Shown here: positions 20,840 through 30,730 of the stretch, one piece after another | Numbering within the stretch: the stretch's first letter is position 1 | Layout of the letters: every line of letters begins with the position of its first letter | Assembly (NCBI GenBank): GCA_031421835.1 | Contig: JANOPL010000038.1 | Coordinates: forward strand, 1,972-65,971 | Source: Hyphomicrobiales bacterium | GTDB lineage: Bacteria; Pseudomonadota; Alphaproteobacteria; Rhizobiales; Aestuariivirgaceae | Length of the DNA stretch: 64,000 bases | Direction of reading: 5' to 3' | Notes under the pieces: generated by a model | Database searches by the model: none | What the model was told of the DNA's origin: nothing | The model's input: the letters and a program-made list of their open reading frames with translations, nothing else | Translations under genes and position numbers: made by a program

Positions 20840-22147
20840 TTACTTGATGTAACCAGCCTTAGTCATCTCGTCAGTTGTGTAGGTCTGGGCCTGTGCGAGT
20901 GCATCGTCTGCAGTCATTTGGCCAGCCAGAGCTGCCGAGAAAAGTTCGCCAACTTTCGTTGCAATACCTGCGAACTCAGGAATGGCCACGAACTGTATGC
21001 CAACGTAGGGCACGGGTTTTACCGATGGCTTTGTTGGGTCAGCAGCATTCATTGAGTCCAGTGTCATTTTTGCAAACGGCACTTCGAGGTATTTTGGATT
21101 GTTGTAGAGCGATGTGCGTGTTCCGGGAGGCACAGCAGCCCAGCCTTCTTTCGAAGCGACGAGATCGCCGTAACCTTTCGAAGTTGCCCACGAAACGAAC
21201 TTCTGTGCGGCATCGACTTTCTGCGAACCTGCAGGGATCGCGAGAGCCCAAGCCCAGAGCCAGTTGGCGCGCTTGCCGAGGCCCTTGTCTGGCGCGAGCG
21301 TGAAGCCAACTTCTGCGGCAACTGATGAAGCCTTCGGATCGATCACGAAGGAACCAGCAGCTGTTGCGTCAGACCACATGCCGCATTTGCCGGATTGGAA
21401 CAACGCAAGGTTTTCAGAGAAACCGTTGCCTGATGCACCTTCTGGACCTGCTTCTTTCATGATCGAAAGATAGGTGTTGAGCGTGTCTTTCCACTCTGGT
21501 GAATCAAACTGTGGCTTCCAGGATTCATCGAACCAACGGGCACCGAAGGAGTTGGACATGGCAGTGATAAAGGCCATGTTTTCACCCCAGCCTGCCTTAC
21601 CACGCAAGCAGATGCCGTTCACGCCGTTGGCGCGATCAGTCATTTTCTTGGCAGCATCAAGGATGAAGTCCCATGTCGGTGCGTCTGGCATTTCGAGGCC
21701 AGCCTTTTTCATCAGATCCTTGCGGTACATGACGAATGAGGATTCGCCATAGAAAGGAGCCGCATAAAGCTTGCCATCGGCAGACAGACCACCTGACACG
21801 GCTGGCAGAATATCTGCTGGATCATCAAGACCCTGCAGTTCTACGAGCCAGCCTTTTTTGCCCCAGATTGGGGTTTCGTACATGCCGATGGTCAACACAT
21901 CATATTGACCACCCTTGGTCGAAATGTCCGTCGTCACTTTTTGACGGAGGTCGTTTTCTTCCAGTGTTACCCAGTTCAACTTGATGCCGGGGTTCTTGGA
22001 CGTGAAATCGTCCGTCAGGCCTTGCATGCGGATCATGTCGCCGTTGTTCACAGTGGCAATGGTCAGTGTTACGTCTTCAGCCAAGGCACTGGTGGCCAAG
22101 GCAGCAAACGCGAAGGCGCCGAGTACGCCTTTTACGATTGTTTTCAT
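20840..22147 (-). CDS. smoE: Polyol (sorbitol/mannitol-type) ABC substrate-binding protein
   Basis: LTIATVNNGDMIRMQ, TLEENDLRQKVTTDI and YVGIQFVAIPEF motifs; GGAGG RBS before ATG 22147. Confidence 0.85.
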   Translation of the reverse strand: MKTIVKGVLGAFAFAALATSALAEDVTLTIATVNNGDMIRMQGLTDDFTSKNPGIKLNWVTLEENDLRQKVTTDISTKGGQYDVLTIGMYETPIWGKKGWLVELQGLDDPADILPAVSGGLSADGKLYAAPFYGESSFVMYRKDLMKKAGLEMPDAPTWDFILDAAKKMTDRANGVNGICLRGKAGWGENMAFITAMSNSFGARWFDESWKPQFDSPEWKDTLNTYLSIMKEAGPEGASGNGFSENLALFQSGKCGMWSDATAAGSFVIDPKASSVAAEVGFTLAPDKGLGKRANWLWAWALAIPAGSQKVDAAQKFVSWATSKGYGDLVASKEGWAAVPPGTRTSLYNNPKYLEVPFAKMTLDSMNAADPTKPSVKPVPYVGIQFVAIPEFAGIATKVGELFSAALAGQMTADDALAQAQTYTTDEMTKAGYIK

Positions 22148-22325
22148 TTCGTGTAGTCCTCCCAAGTGGTTGTCGAGGGCTTTTGCCCACGACCAGAGAA
22201 TAAGTCACAATTTTACGCCGCGAGAGTCAAGCGGAATTCGTTGCTGCAATGCACAACTTGTATTCAGAAAACACATATAAACTATTGTTTTTAAACAATT
22301 AAAGTCATATTTGGGCAAACGCTCA

Positions 22326-23279
22326 CTATTTGAGCAATTGTTCTGCCATTGCTTCGTTGGTGATCAGACCGTTGACCAGTTTGCCCGTTATGGCACCTTT
22401 GATGGCCTTGAATCGGCCAGCAGCCATGGCAACTCCGACGATTCTTCGTTTGGCCGGCATATCAACAGGAACACTGAGCACCCTGTCATTTACCAGGCCT
22501 TCAATCAGTTTGCCGGAGGCGTCAAAGCTCCAACCAGTGATCTCGCCCACCGCACCAGCCTTCACCATTGCACGCAGTTCATCGGGACGTACAAAGCCAT
22601 CCCGCAAGAGGGCTGCTGTTTCATCAACGGTCCCGATCCCCACAAACGTGACATCGGCTTGAGCCGCAAGATCCATCACATTGCGTAAGGATTTTTGCTG
22701 AACGAGAAGGTTTTTTTCATGCACTGTTGCGGCAATGACGGGAAACGGCATGGGATAGTGTGGCGCTCCCACCCGGTCTCCCACACGAGAAGAAACTTCG
22801 AACACTGTGGCGGAGCCATCGGGTGCGATGTTGCCAACGATAGAAACAATCTTGTGCTGGGGACACTCCATAGGGCTGATTTGCTCCGCAACTGCACGGA
22901 GGGCCCGACCCGTGCCCAGACCAACAATGACGGGATGGCGCGAGACGAGATAACGTTCCATCTCAGCTGCCGCCGCCTCAACAATCCCCAGTGTTTCAGA
23001 ATTGGATGTGGGATCGGCAGGAACGACCTCGCAGCTATCAAGGCCATAGGCTTCCTTGAGCCTGCCCGACAATTCCAGACAGCGCCCCAATGGATGATCA
23101 AACCGGACTTTGACCAAGCGCTCCGACACTGCAAGCGACACAAGGCGCTGGGCTGTTTGCCGTGATACGCCAAGTTTTTTTGCGATCTCGTCTTGGGTGT
23201 TTCCAGCGATATAATAGAGCCAACCTGCCCGACCTGCATGATCCAAGCGCTCTTTTTCAGGATCGGGTTTTCGGGCCAC
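22326..23279 (-). CDS. smoC: SorC/DeoR-family sugar-binding regulator
   Basis: AGWLYYIAGNTQDEIAKKLGVSRQTAQRL HTH, GLGTGRAL, sugar-binding domain. Confidence 0.85.
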   Translation of the reverse strand: MARKPDPEKERLDHAGRAGWLYYIAGNTQDEIAKKLGVSRQTAQRLVSLAVSERLVKVRFDHPLGRCLELSGRLKEAYGLDSCEVVPADPTSNSETLGIVEAAAAEMERYLVSRHPVIVGLGTGRALRAVAEQISPMECPQHKIVSIVGNIAPDGSATVFEVSSRVGDRVGAPHYPMPFPVIAATVHEKNLLVQQKSLRNVMDLAAQADVTFVGIGTVDETAALLRDGFVRPDELRAMVKAGAVGEITGWSFDASGKLIEGLVNDRVLSVPVDMPAKRRIVGVAMAAGRFKAIKGAITGKLVNGLITNEAMAEQLLK

Positions 23280-23300
23280 GGCTCTTGTCCTCTGTGCAAT

Positions 23301-24002
23301 CTATGGTGCTACACCGCCGTCATGGCAAAGGCCAGACTCTCGAAACAACTGCAAAACTTCGGCCATATCCTGAACAACGCGGTCTACAAGCAGCTCAGGC
23401 GGCAGAATTTGTCCGGCCTTCACGTGCGAGCCGCCAGCAAAATGCCACACCGTCATACCGGCAGCCCGTGCCGCACGCACCCCCATTTCGCTGTCTTCGA
23501 GAACAAGGCAGCGAGCAGGAGCAACGCGATGGGCCGAAGCTGCATACAAAAACAGATCGGGGGCCGGCTTTGCATTTTTGACAACAGCAGCGGAGTAAAC
23601 ATGCGCACCAAAATGCTTTTCAAGCCCGCAAACTTTCAAGGAAAAATCAAGCCGAGGCGGAATGGAACCTGATGCCACGCAGTTTTGCACCCTTAATGAT
23701 TGCAAGACCAACGCTACTCCAGCCATGGGTTTGAGGTCAGTCGCAAATAGCCTGTTCAAACTTATAAAATAGTCAGAGGCAAAATTGGCGGGCAGATCAC
23801 ACCCGGTTCGCGCTTTAAGTTGAGTGGCCGCAGATGCAAAACTTCGGCCCAGAAACTCGGCTCGGAACTGTTCAAGATTGAGATCGATACCCAAATCCGC
23901 CAGTTGCCGCATCAACACTTTGGCGCTTAACATTTCACTGTCGACCAAAACACCATCGCAATCAAAGATCACAAGGTCATAGTCTGGTGAAGTTTGAGGC
24001 AT
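23301..24002 (-). CDS. HAD-family hydrolase (beta-phosphoglucomutase-like)
   Basis: FDCDGVLVDSE, KPAPDLF and LEDS motifs. Confidence 0.9.
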   Translation of the reverse strand: MPQTSPDYDLVIFDCDGVLVDSEMLSAKVLMRQLADLGIDLNLEQFRAEFLGRSFASAATQLKARTGCDLPANFASDYFISLNRLFATDLKPMAGVALVLQSLRVQNCVASGSIPPRLDFSLKVCGLEKHFGAHVYSAAVVKNAKPAPDLFLYAASAHRVAPARCLVLEDSEMGVRAARAAGMTVWHFAGGSHVKAGQILPPELLVDRVVQDMAEVLQLFRESGLCHDGGVAP

Positions 24003-24008
24003 GGGAAT

Positions 24009-24635
24009 TCAGATGCCCAACTTCACCGTCGGTTTTGATTGCGCGAGCGTGAGCCTGCGCTGGGCATTGCGCATCCATGGCACGTCGGGTGCATCCCAGT
24101 TGGGGTCTTTGCCGCAGACCAGATCAAAGAAAGCCACCGCTGAGGCCGGACTTTCAATGGTGTTCTCCTTGAAGGAATCCCAGAAAGCCGGGTCATCCGC
24201 CAAGCCTTCGCCAGACAGTTCATCCTCGCCCATTTCCTTCAGGATCGCCGATGCGACAGAGAGGCAGAAGCTGGTGTAGGCATACCCTTCAGGCCAGCGG
24301 GCCAAAACATGGTCTTTGGGTACGGCAGGTGCTTCGGGTGTGGGCAAGGCTTGCAACGGCTTGGCGTCGACCAATTCCTTCAACATCAAACCTGCGGCAT
24401 AAATGACAAAATCATGGCGGTTGGCGTCGGCCAGGTGCTTGGTGGCATCGAAGCGTTCACGCCACCTGGCAAAGGCTTGCGCCAGTGCGGCATGATCAAC
24501 GTGCGGACTGAGGCCTGAGTCCTTGAACAGCAGATCCAAATTGCGTTCAAAGCTCTGTAAAATTGTACGAAATCGCCGCGCCTCATGGGTGAGATCAGTT
24601 TTTCCTGCCATTTCAGTTTTAAGGGGTGTGCGCAT
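24009..24635 (-). CDS. Hypothetical protein
   Basis: 208-aa ORF with normal composition, 6 nt upstream of the HAD gene on the same strand. Confidence 0.7.
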   Translation of the reverse strand: MRTPLKTEMAGKTDLTHEARRFRTILQSFERNLDLLFKDSGLSPHVDHAALAQAFARWRERFDATKHLADANRHDFVIYAAGLMLKELVDAKPLQALPTPEAPAVPKDHVLARWPEGYAYTSFCLSVASAILKEMGEDELSGEGLADDPAFWDSFKENTIESPASAVAFFDLVCGKDPNWDAPDVPWMRNAQRRLTLAQSKPTVKLGI

Positions 24636-24696
24636 GTTTGACCTGTGACGCTATCATCGCTTGACGAAGCTGCGGCTGCAAGGTTCAATTTGTCCC

Positions 24697-25470
24697 ATGA
24701 CAATTGCGATCCGATCCGCCGATTCATTCACAGCCCATGCCGTGTGCATGGCGGCGGGCGTGCGTGACAGTTTGCGGACTGCGCAGTTTTATATCCGCGA
24801 CCTCTCCCATGCCGACGGACAGGCTACCCAAGCCGCGACCTTTTTATCACGTTTCGTCGGGCGCAGTGCCAGGCTGATTGATGCCATGCTGTCGAAAGCT
24901 GCGGATATTTCCGTCCGTCTTTTGGTGCCGCAATGGCGGGATTTACCTTCACCCTTTGCACCGGGCATGCGCGGCGAAGTGCTGGAAGCAATCCGGCAGA
25001 ACCGTTTGGTGTTGACCTCTGCCTTCACTGTTTACTTTTTCCGCGCGGCCAAACACATTTTGCAGAATGGGACAGAAGGTCCGTTTCTGGTACTCGAGCA
25101 CCGGATCGATGCCGCTCGCCGCGTGATGGCTGAAACGCCGTCGCAGGATGGTGAAGAGCCGACCACAGTGCTGGCACGGGCCATGATGCATTTGGTTGCA
25201 TCTGACCCGATTGCGCGGGCGGGCCGCCCAAAAGCCCAGTTCGGATTTCTGGCAAGTGCAGACAAAAACTTGGGCGTAATAGCGGCAGCTTGTGTTGCTT
25301 TGCTGATTGCCGAAGACGGAAAGCCCATTGAATCGCTTAATGAAAACGAGTTTTTCGCGATTGCAGGTGCCCTGCTGGCACCTCGCTTGCCCGATATGCA
25401 ACAGGCCGTCGAAAACCGGGATGTCGCAGGCTTGGCCAAGGCCTTAAAATCAGTGGGTGAACTCTACTGA
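24697..25470 (+). CDS. Hypothetical protein
   Basis: Long ORF filling the gap before E1 alpha; ATG 24697 preferred over TTG 24661; no family recognised. Confidence 0.65.
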   Translation: MTIAIRSADSFTAHAVCMAAGVRDSLRTAQFYIRDLSHADGQATQAATFLSRFVGRSARLIDAMLSKAADISVRLLVPQWRDLPSPFAPGMRGEVLEAIRQNRLVLTSAFTVYFFRAAKHILQNGTEGPFLVLEHRIDAARRVMAETPSQDGEEPTTVLARAMMHLVASDPIARAGRPKAQFGFLASADKNLGVIAAACVALLIAEDGKPIESLNENEFFAIAGALLAPRLPDMQQAVENRDVAGLAKALKSVGELY

Positions 25471-25557
25471 GCCACATCAGAATAGTGATACTTATTGACA
25501 TTGCGCTGCATAATGTTTCATTAGTCTGACCACTCAGCCATTCTGAAGAGACCCCCA

Positions 25558-26595
25558 TTGATGTCTGCTGCCCCTGTAACAAAATCCTCCAAAAAGGGCA
25601 GCAACGCCCGACCGTTTTATTCCAAACACACGAAGGAACAGTTGCGACAGGCGCTGAAACGCATGTGGCTGATCCGCCGTTTTGAAGAAATGGCAGAAGA
25701 CTCGTATATTCGCGGCCTGACCCATGGCACCATGCATTTATCGATCGGGCAGGAAGCATCCGCTGTGGGGATCTGCATGGATTTGACCGACAAGGACTAC
25801 ATCACTTCCACCCATCGCGGGCACGGCCACTGCATTGGCAAAGGTGCTGAAGTCAAATACATGTTCGCCGAATTTTTCGGCAAGGAAGAGGGTTATTGCC
25901 GGGGTCGGGGAGGCTCAATGCACATTGCTGACGTCGCCACTGGAAATTTGGGCGCCAACGGTATCGTTGGCGGTGGCTTGCCATTGGCGACGGGCGCTGC
26001 ACTCGCCATCAAGCAGCGCAAGGGCAAGGATGTTGCGGTGTGTTTCTTTGGCGATGGTGCCAACAATGAAGGTGCATTTCACGAATCCCTGAATATTGCC
26101 GCCGTCTGGAAACTGCCGGTGATTTATGTGTGTGAAAACAATCAATATGGCATGTCGGTTTCAACCGAACGCTCAACGGCTGTGAAGGATGTTGCCACCC
26201 GTGCGATTGCCTACAACATGCCAGGCGTGGTGGTTGATGGGAACAACATCGCTGAGGTCAATGAGGCTATGATGGTGGCGATGGAACGGGCGCAACGGGG
26301 CGAAGGCCCATCACTGATCGAATGTAAAACCTATCGCACACGCGGGCATTCACGCTCTGACCGCAACAAGTACCGCACCAAGGAAGAGATTGAGGAATGG
26401 AAGCTCAAAGACCCCATTCCAATGTTTGAGACGGAATTGCAGGGCCATGGTGTGCTCAATGAAGAAGAAGTGCAGGCCGTGCGCGATGAAGTTGAAAAGG
26501 ACGTGGCCGACGGCTTTGCTTTTGCGCAGGCCGGAACCGATCCTACGTTGGACTCGGTTTTGCGTGACGTTTACACTGTTGGAGGCGCGGCATGA
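25558..26595 (+). CDS. TPP-dependent dehydrogenase E1 alpha (acetoin/pyruvate dehydrogenase family)
   Basis: [20 protein letters not shown]-x-NEG...ENNQY TPP motif, RGHSRSD. Confidence 0.92.
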   Translation: MMSAAPVTKSSKKGSNARPFYSKHTKEQLRQALKRMWLIRRFEEMAEDSYIRGLTHGTMHLSIGQEASAVGICMDLTDKDYITSTHRGHGHCIGKGAEVKYMFAEFFGKEEGYCRGRGGSMHIADVATGNLGANGIVGGGLPLATGAALAIKQRKGKDVAVCFFGDGANNEGAFHESLNIAAVWKLPVIYVCENNQYGMSVSTERSTAVKDVATRAIAYNMPGVVVDGNNIAEVNEAMMVAMERAQRGEGPSLIECKTYRTRGHSRSDRNKYRTKEEIEEWKLKDPIPMFETELQGHGVLNEEEVQAVRDEVEKDVADGFAFAQAGTDPTLDSVLRDVYTVGGAA

Positions 26596-27584
26596 GTGCG
26601 CGTGAACTCAGTTTCGCCCAAGCCATCAACGAGGGCTTGGCGCAGGCCATGGAAGCTGATGAGCGGGTCTTCATCATGGGGGAAGACATTGGGGTTTACG
26701 GTGGTGCTTTCGGTGTGACGGGTGACCTTGTGCATCGCTTTGGCGAAGACCGCGTGCGCGATACGCCCATTGCAGAGCTGGGTGGTGCTGGTGTGGCCGT
26801 TGGAGCTGCCGTTGCCGGTGCACGGCCGGTTTATGAATTTCAATTCTCAGACTTTGCCACACTTGCCATGGAGCAAATCGTCAATCAGGCTGCCAAGATG
26901 CGCTATATGCTGGGCGGCAAGGCTTCGGTGCCCGTGGTGTTTCGCATGCCGTGTGGCTCGGGCACGGGGGCTGCGGCACAGCACTCGCAATCCCTCGAAG
27001 CATGGTTTGGCCATGTGCCTGGTTTGAAGGTGTTGCAACCCTCAACGCCTGAGGATGCAAAGGGCATGCTGCTGGCAGCAATAGATGACCCGGACCCTGT
27101 GCTGATTTTTGAACACAAGCTGCTCTATAAAATCAAAGGTCATGTGCCTGAGGAAATGTATCTTACGCCCATCGGCAAGGCTGTTGTCAGACGCGAAGGG
27201 GCGGATGCAACAGTAGTGGCAGGGGCCATCATGTTGCACAAAGCACTGGAGGCAGCAGAGATTTTGGCTGGCGAAGGCATCAATCTGGAAGTGATCGATC
27301 TGCGTTCCATCCGCCCCATCGATGGAGCCACCATTATCGACAGCGTCAAGAAGACCACGCGTCTGGCTATTGTTTACGAAGGCGTCAAAAGTTTTGGTGT
27401 CGGCGCTGAAATCTCCGCGCTCATCGCTGAAAGCGAGGCCTTTGATTATCTCGATGCACCCATTTTGCGCATGGGTGGTTCCGAGTCACCCATCCCCTAT
27501 AACCCCAACCTGGAAAAGGCTGCTGTGCCGCAGGTCGATGGTATCGTCGAGGGCTTGCGCAAATTGGTCAAGGGCGGGTTCTGA
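26592..27584 (+). CDS. TPP-dependent dehydrogenase E1 beta
   Basis: MGEDIG, RDTPIAE, EFQFSDF and AQHSQSLE motifs; ATGA overlap with E1 alpha. Confidence 0.92.
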   Translation: MSARELSFAQAINEGLAQAMEADERVFIMGEDIGVYGGAFGVTGDLVHRFGEDRVRDTPIAELGGAGVAVGAAVAGARPVYEFQFSDFATLAMEQIVNQAAKMRYMLGGKASVPVVFRMPCGSGTGAAAQHSQSLEAWFGHVPGLKVLQPSTPEDAKGMLLAAIDDPDPVLIFEHKLLYKIKGHVPEEMYLTPIGKAVVRREGADATVVAGAIMLHKALEAAEILAGEGINLEVIDLRSIRPIDGATIIDSVKKTTRLAIVYEGVKSFGVGAEISALIAESEAFDYLDAPILRMGGSESPIPYNPNLEKAAVPQVDGIVEGLRKLVKGGF

Positions 27585-27587
27585 ACC

Positions 27588-28853
27588 ATGGCTGTCGAGG
27601 TGATCTTTCCAAAAGTTGATATGGACATGGACCAGGGTTCCATTTCCAAATGGCATGTGAAAGACGGCGACACCGTCAAAAAAGGGCAAGCGGTTTTTGA
27701 AATTGAAACCGACAAGTCCGCCATGGAAATCGAAGCGCCGGGTGATGGCGTGATCAAATTGTCAGGCATAACAGAAGGCTCATCGGTGAACATCGGCACT
27801 ATAGTGGCGATGATTTTTGGTGAAGGGGAAGCGGTAAAAAACTTCTCCAACTCTTCCGTCACCCCGGCGAAAGCCGGGGCGGGGCTTGTTGCAATTGCCT
27901 CCGAAGCAAAGCCCGATCCCGGCCTTCGCCGGGATGACGAGGTGAAGGGGACCGGTGTGAGGGCCACACCACTGGCGCGCCGTTTGGCCAAACATGCGGG
28001 CATTGCGCTTACGTCTCTCGTTGGTTCTGGACCGCGTGGCCGCGTTACGGCTGTTGATGTGAAAGTTGTAAAAACTCAAAAACCTGAAATTGCCGCCACA
28101 TTGGCATCAGGCATGGACACAGCTGCGGTCAAGGCACTCTATCAAGATGGGACCTACGATGTGAAGCCGTTGGACGGCATGCGCCGGACCATTGCCCAGC
28201 GGCTTGTGCAGTCGAAACAGACCGTGCCACATTTTTATCTGTCAGCCACCTGCACCATCGACACCTTGATGGCAACACGTGAACGCTTGAATGTAGCTGC
28301 TCCGAAATCTGCCGATAAGTCGCCGCTTTACAAATTGTCGATCAATGACTTCATCATCAAGGCCATGGCTGCTGCGCTACAAAAGGTTGCAGCCGCCAAC
28401 GTCACATTCACCGACGACGGCATTCTTCAACACCGCAGCAGTGACATTGGCGTGGCTGTGTCCGTTGAAGGCGGCTTGTTCACACCCATCATTCGAAGTG
28501 CTGAAACCAAATCACTCTCAACCATCTCATCTGAAATGAAAGCGCTTGCCGCCAAGGCCCGCGGGCGCAAATTACAGGCCCATGAATACCAAGGTGGAAC
28601 TTCGGCGATTTCCAACCTGGGCATGTTTGGCGTTGAACAATTCACTGCCATCATCAGCCCGCCCCACGCCACCATTCTCGCTGTGGGAACGGCAGTTGAA
28701 CGGTTCATCCCCGTCGATAAGAAACCAGTTTTGGCCACACAAATGACAGTCACCCTGTCCTGCGATCATCGTGCCGTTGACGGTGCAGTCGGAGCTGAAT
28801 TGTTGGCGGCATTCAAAGCGCTGATCGAAGAACCCGCCTTGATGTTGGTTTAA
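27588..28853 (+). CDS. Dihydrolipoamide acyltransferase E2
   Basis: Lipoyl domain ETDKSAMEI, E3-binding ATPLARRLA, catalytic DHRAVDG. Confidence 0.92.
   Translation: MAVEVIFPKVDMDMDQGSISKWHVKDGDTVKKGQAVFEIETDKSAMEIEAPGDGVIKLSGITEGSSVNIGTIVAMIFGEGEAVKNFSNSSVTPAKAGAGLVAIASEAKPDPGLRRDDEVKGTGVRATPLARRLAKHAGIALTSLVGSGPRGRVTAVDVKVVKTQKPEIAATLASGMDTAAVKALYQDGTYDVKPLDGMRRTIAQRLVQSKQTVPHFYLSATCTIDTLMATRERLNVAAPKSADKSPLYKLSINDFIIKAMAAALQKVAAANVTFTDDGILQHRSSDIGVAVSVEGGLFTPIIRSAETKSLSTISSEMKALAAKARGRKLQAHEYQGGTSAISNLGMFGVEQFTAIISPPHATILAVGTAVERFIPVDKKPVLATQMTVTLSCDHRAVDGAVGAELLAAFKALIEEPALMLV
27857..27939. repeat. REP/RPE-like palindromic element lying in frame inside the E2 linker
   Basis: Left arm CGTCACCCCGGCGAAAGCCGGG and the reverse complement of the right arm CGTCATCCCGGCGAAGGCCGGG match at 20 of 22 nt. 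Each arm is itself a hairpin. Translates as VTPAKAG...DPGLRRDD. Confidence 0.8.
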
Positions 28854-29494
28854 TCAACCACTTCGCCGGGATAGACACCCCAGAGTTCTGTCTGCAAGGC
28901 ATAACCTTCATAATCATCCGTGGTGACATAGCACCATTGACCCGAGCAGCTTTCAATTTGCGCGATGGCACCGGGGGAAAGTTTTGCAATAGTACCACTG
29001 CGCGCAGTTTCACCGTTGTGAAGATCGACTGATTTTTCCTTGTTCCAGTCTGGTGCCATGGCAAAGCGGCGGCCGGACAGCATTTGTTGGAGGATCCAGC
29101 CTTCTTCACCTTGGCTGTCGCGTATTTTGCGCCAGTTTTCAAATTCGGCCGTGACTTCAACCGGCATACCCTTGCGTTGAAACACCCAAGCCACCTCATG
29201 GCTGCTGGAGGGGCCTTTGCGGACATTGACCTTGTTGGCCTTCAACGTCAGAAAACGGGGGATCGGAAAGCCCGAGGGTCCCAATTGCACTGGGGCTTGA
29301 TCGAGGGAAGCCGTCACGTCACCGGCCCCACCCCTGATGACTTCGCCGCCGCGCAAGCCCTGTACCATCCAGAAACTGGCCGCCGTACCCAGCAACAAAA
29401 CGGCGACCGCCCCATGCACGGGCCGCAAACGGCACTTCATGGCGACCCATATGCGATCAATTTGGCGGGCTGTTGAAATCAGGGCGAAGGACAT
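28850..29494 (-). CDS. SH3 domain-containing secreted protein (two SH3_4-type domains); start uncertain (29494 or 29440)
   Basis: PIPRFLTLKANKVNVRKGP, ENWRKIRDSQGEEGWI and LWGVYPGE motifs. Confidence 0.85.
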   Translation of the reverse strand: MSFALISTARQIDRIWVAMKCRLRPVHGAVAVLLLGTAASFWMVQGLRGGEVIRGGAGDVTASLDQAPVQLGPSGFPIPRFLTLKANKVNVRKGPSSSHEVAWVFQRKGMPVEVTAEFENWRKIRDSQGEEGWILQQMLSGRRFAMAPDWNKEKSVDLHNGETARSGTIAKLSPGAIAQIESCSGQWCYVTTDDYEGYALQTELWGVYPGEVVD

Positions 29495-29641
29495 CAGACT
29501 TGCTTTTGGGGTTGCAGCGAGGGCTGGCCAGCGACTAGACAGAGGCGTGCAATAGCGCGACCCTTGCCCTGTTTCCGGCCACCTGCATTGGTGCCTGTTC
29601 AAGGTTAAGATTGCGTTGATTTCGATGAATTGAGAGCTGAC

Positions 29642-30634
29642 TTGACCAAAGCTGAGGCCAAACCACAGGTGGTGATTACACGGAAACTGCCGGATGTGGT
29701 TGAGACCCGCATGGGCCAACTTTTTACGTGTGAGGTCAACGCTTCCGACAAACCCTTCTCAAAGTCCGATCTGGTGGCTGCCGTACGCCGCGCTGATGTG
29801 TTGGTGCCCACCATTACCGACCGCATCGATGACTTTGTGATTTCCCAGGCAGGTCCGCAGTTGAAACTTATCGCCAACTTCGGAACAGGCCTTGACCACG
29901 TTGACGTCTCGGCTGCTCTGGCGCGTGGTATTACCGTGACCAATACGCCGGGCGTGTTGACAGAAGATACCGCCGACATGACGCTGGCCTTGATCATGGC
30001 TGTGTCACGGCGGATCATTCAAGGGGCTGACAGTTTGCGATACGGCCAATTTACCGGCTGGAGCCCCACATGGATGTTGGGATCAAGGCTGAAAGGCAAA
30101 AAGCTCGGCATTATCGGCATGGGACGCATCGGCACTGCAGTGGCAAGGCGGGCCAAAGCCTTTGGTCTTGAGATTTTTTATCATAACCGAACGCCAGCCC
30201 ATCCGAAGATTGTTGCTGAGGTTGGTGCGCAATATTGTGAAGGGCTCGATGCGCTGTTGGCCCGTGTCGATATTCTTTCAATCAACTGCCCGCATACGCC
30301 CGCGACTTTCCATCTGCTGTCGGCGCGGCGCTTGAAGTTGTTGAAGCCAACCGCAATCGTTGTGAACACGGCGCGGGGTGAAGTGATTGATGAGGCAGCA
30401 CTCATTCACATGCTTGAGGCGGGAGAATTGGCTGGCGCGGGATTGGACGTGTTTGAACATGAGCCTGCCGTTGACCCCCGTTTATTGGCATTGAAAAATG
30501 TCGTTCTGCTGCCGCATATGGGTTCAGCCACGCTGGAAGGCCGCGTTGATATGGGCGAAAAAGTCATCATCAATATCAAGATGTGGGCGGATGGACACAA
30601 GCCGCCTGATCGCGTCTTGCCGGGCATGCTTTAG
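29642..30634 (+). CDS. D-isomer 2-hydroxyacid dehydrogenase (glyoxylate reductase/D-glycerate dehydrogenase type)
   Basis: GIIGMGRIG, NTARG, GLDVFEHEP and PHMGSAT motifs; TTG start at 29642. Confidence 0.92.
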   Translation: MTKAEAKPQVVITRKLPDVVETRMGQLFTCEVNASDKPFSKSDLVAAVRRADVLVPTITDRIDDFVISQAGPQLKLIANFGTGLDHVDVSAALARGITVTNTPGVLTEDTADMTLALIMAVSRRIIQGADSLRYGQFTGWSPTWMLGSRLKGKKLGIIGMGRIGTAVARRAKAFGLEIFYHNRTPAHPKIVAEVGAQYCEGLDALLARVDILSINCPHTPATFHLLSARRLKLLKPTAIVVNTARGEVIDEAALIHMLEAGELAGAGLDVFEHEPAVDPRLLALKNVVLLPHMGSATLEGRVDMGEKVIINIKMWADGHKPPDRVLPGML

Positions 30635-30730
30635 CGCTGTTCACAATTATCTGATACAGCCCAGCCAAAGCGTGATCGCAATTCGCACGGGATTTGCGTA
30701 AGACAAACCAAATATTCTGGAGAACATTTC

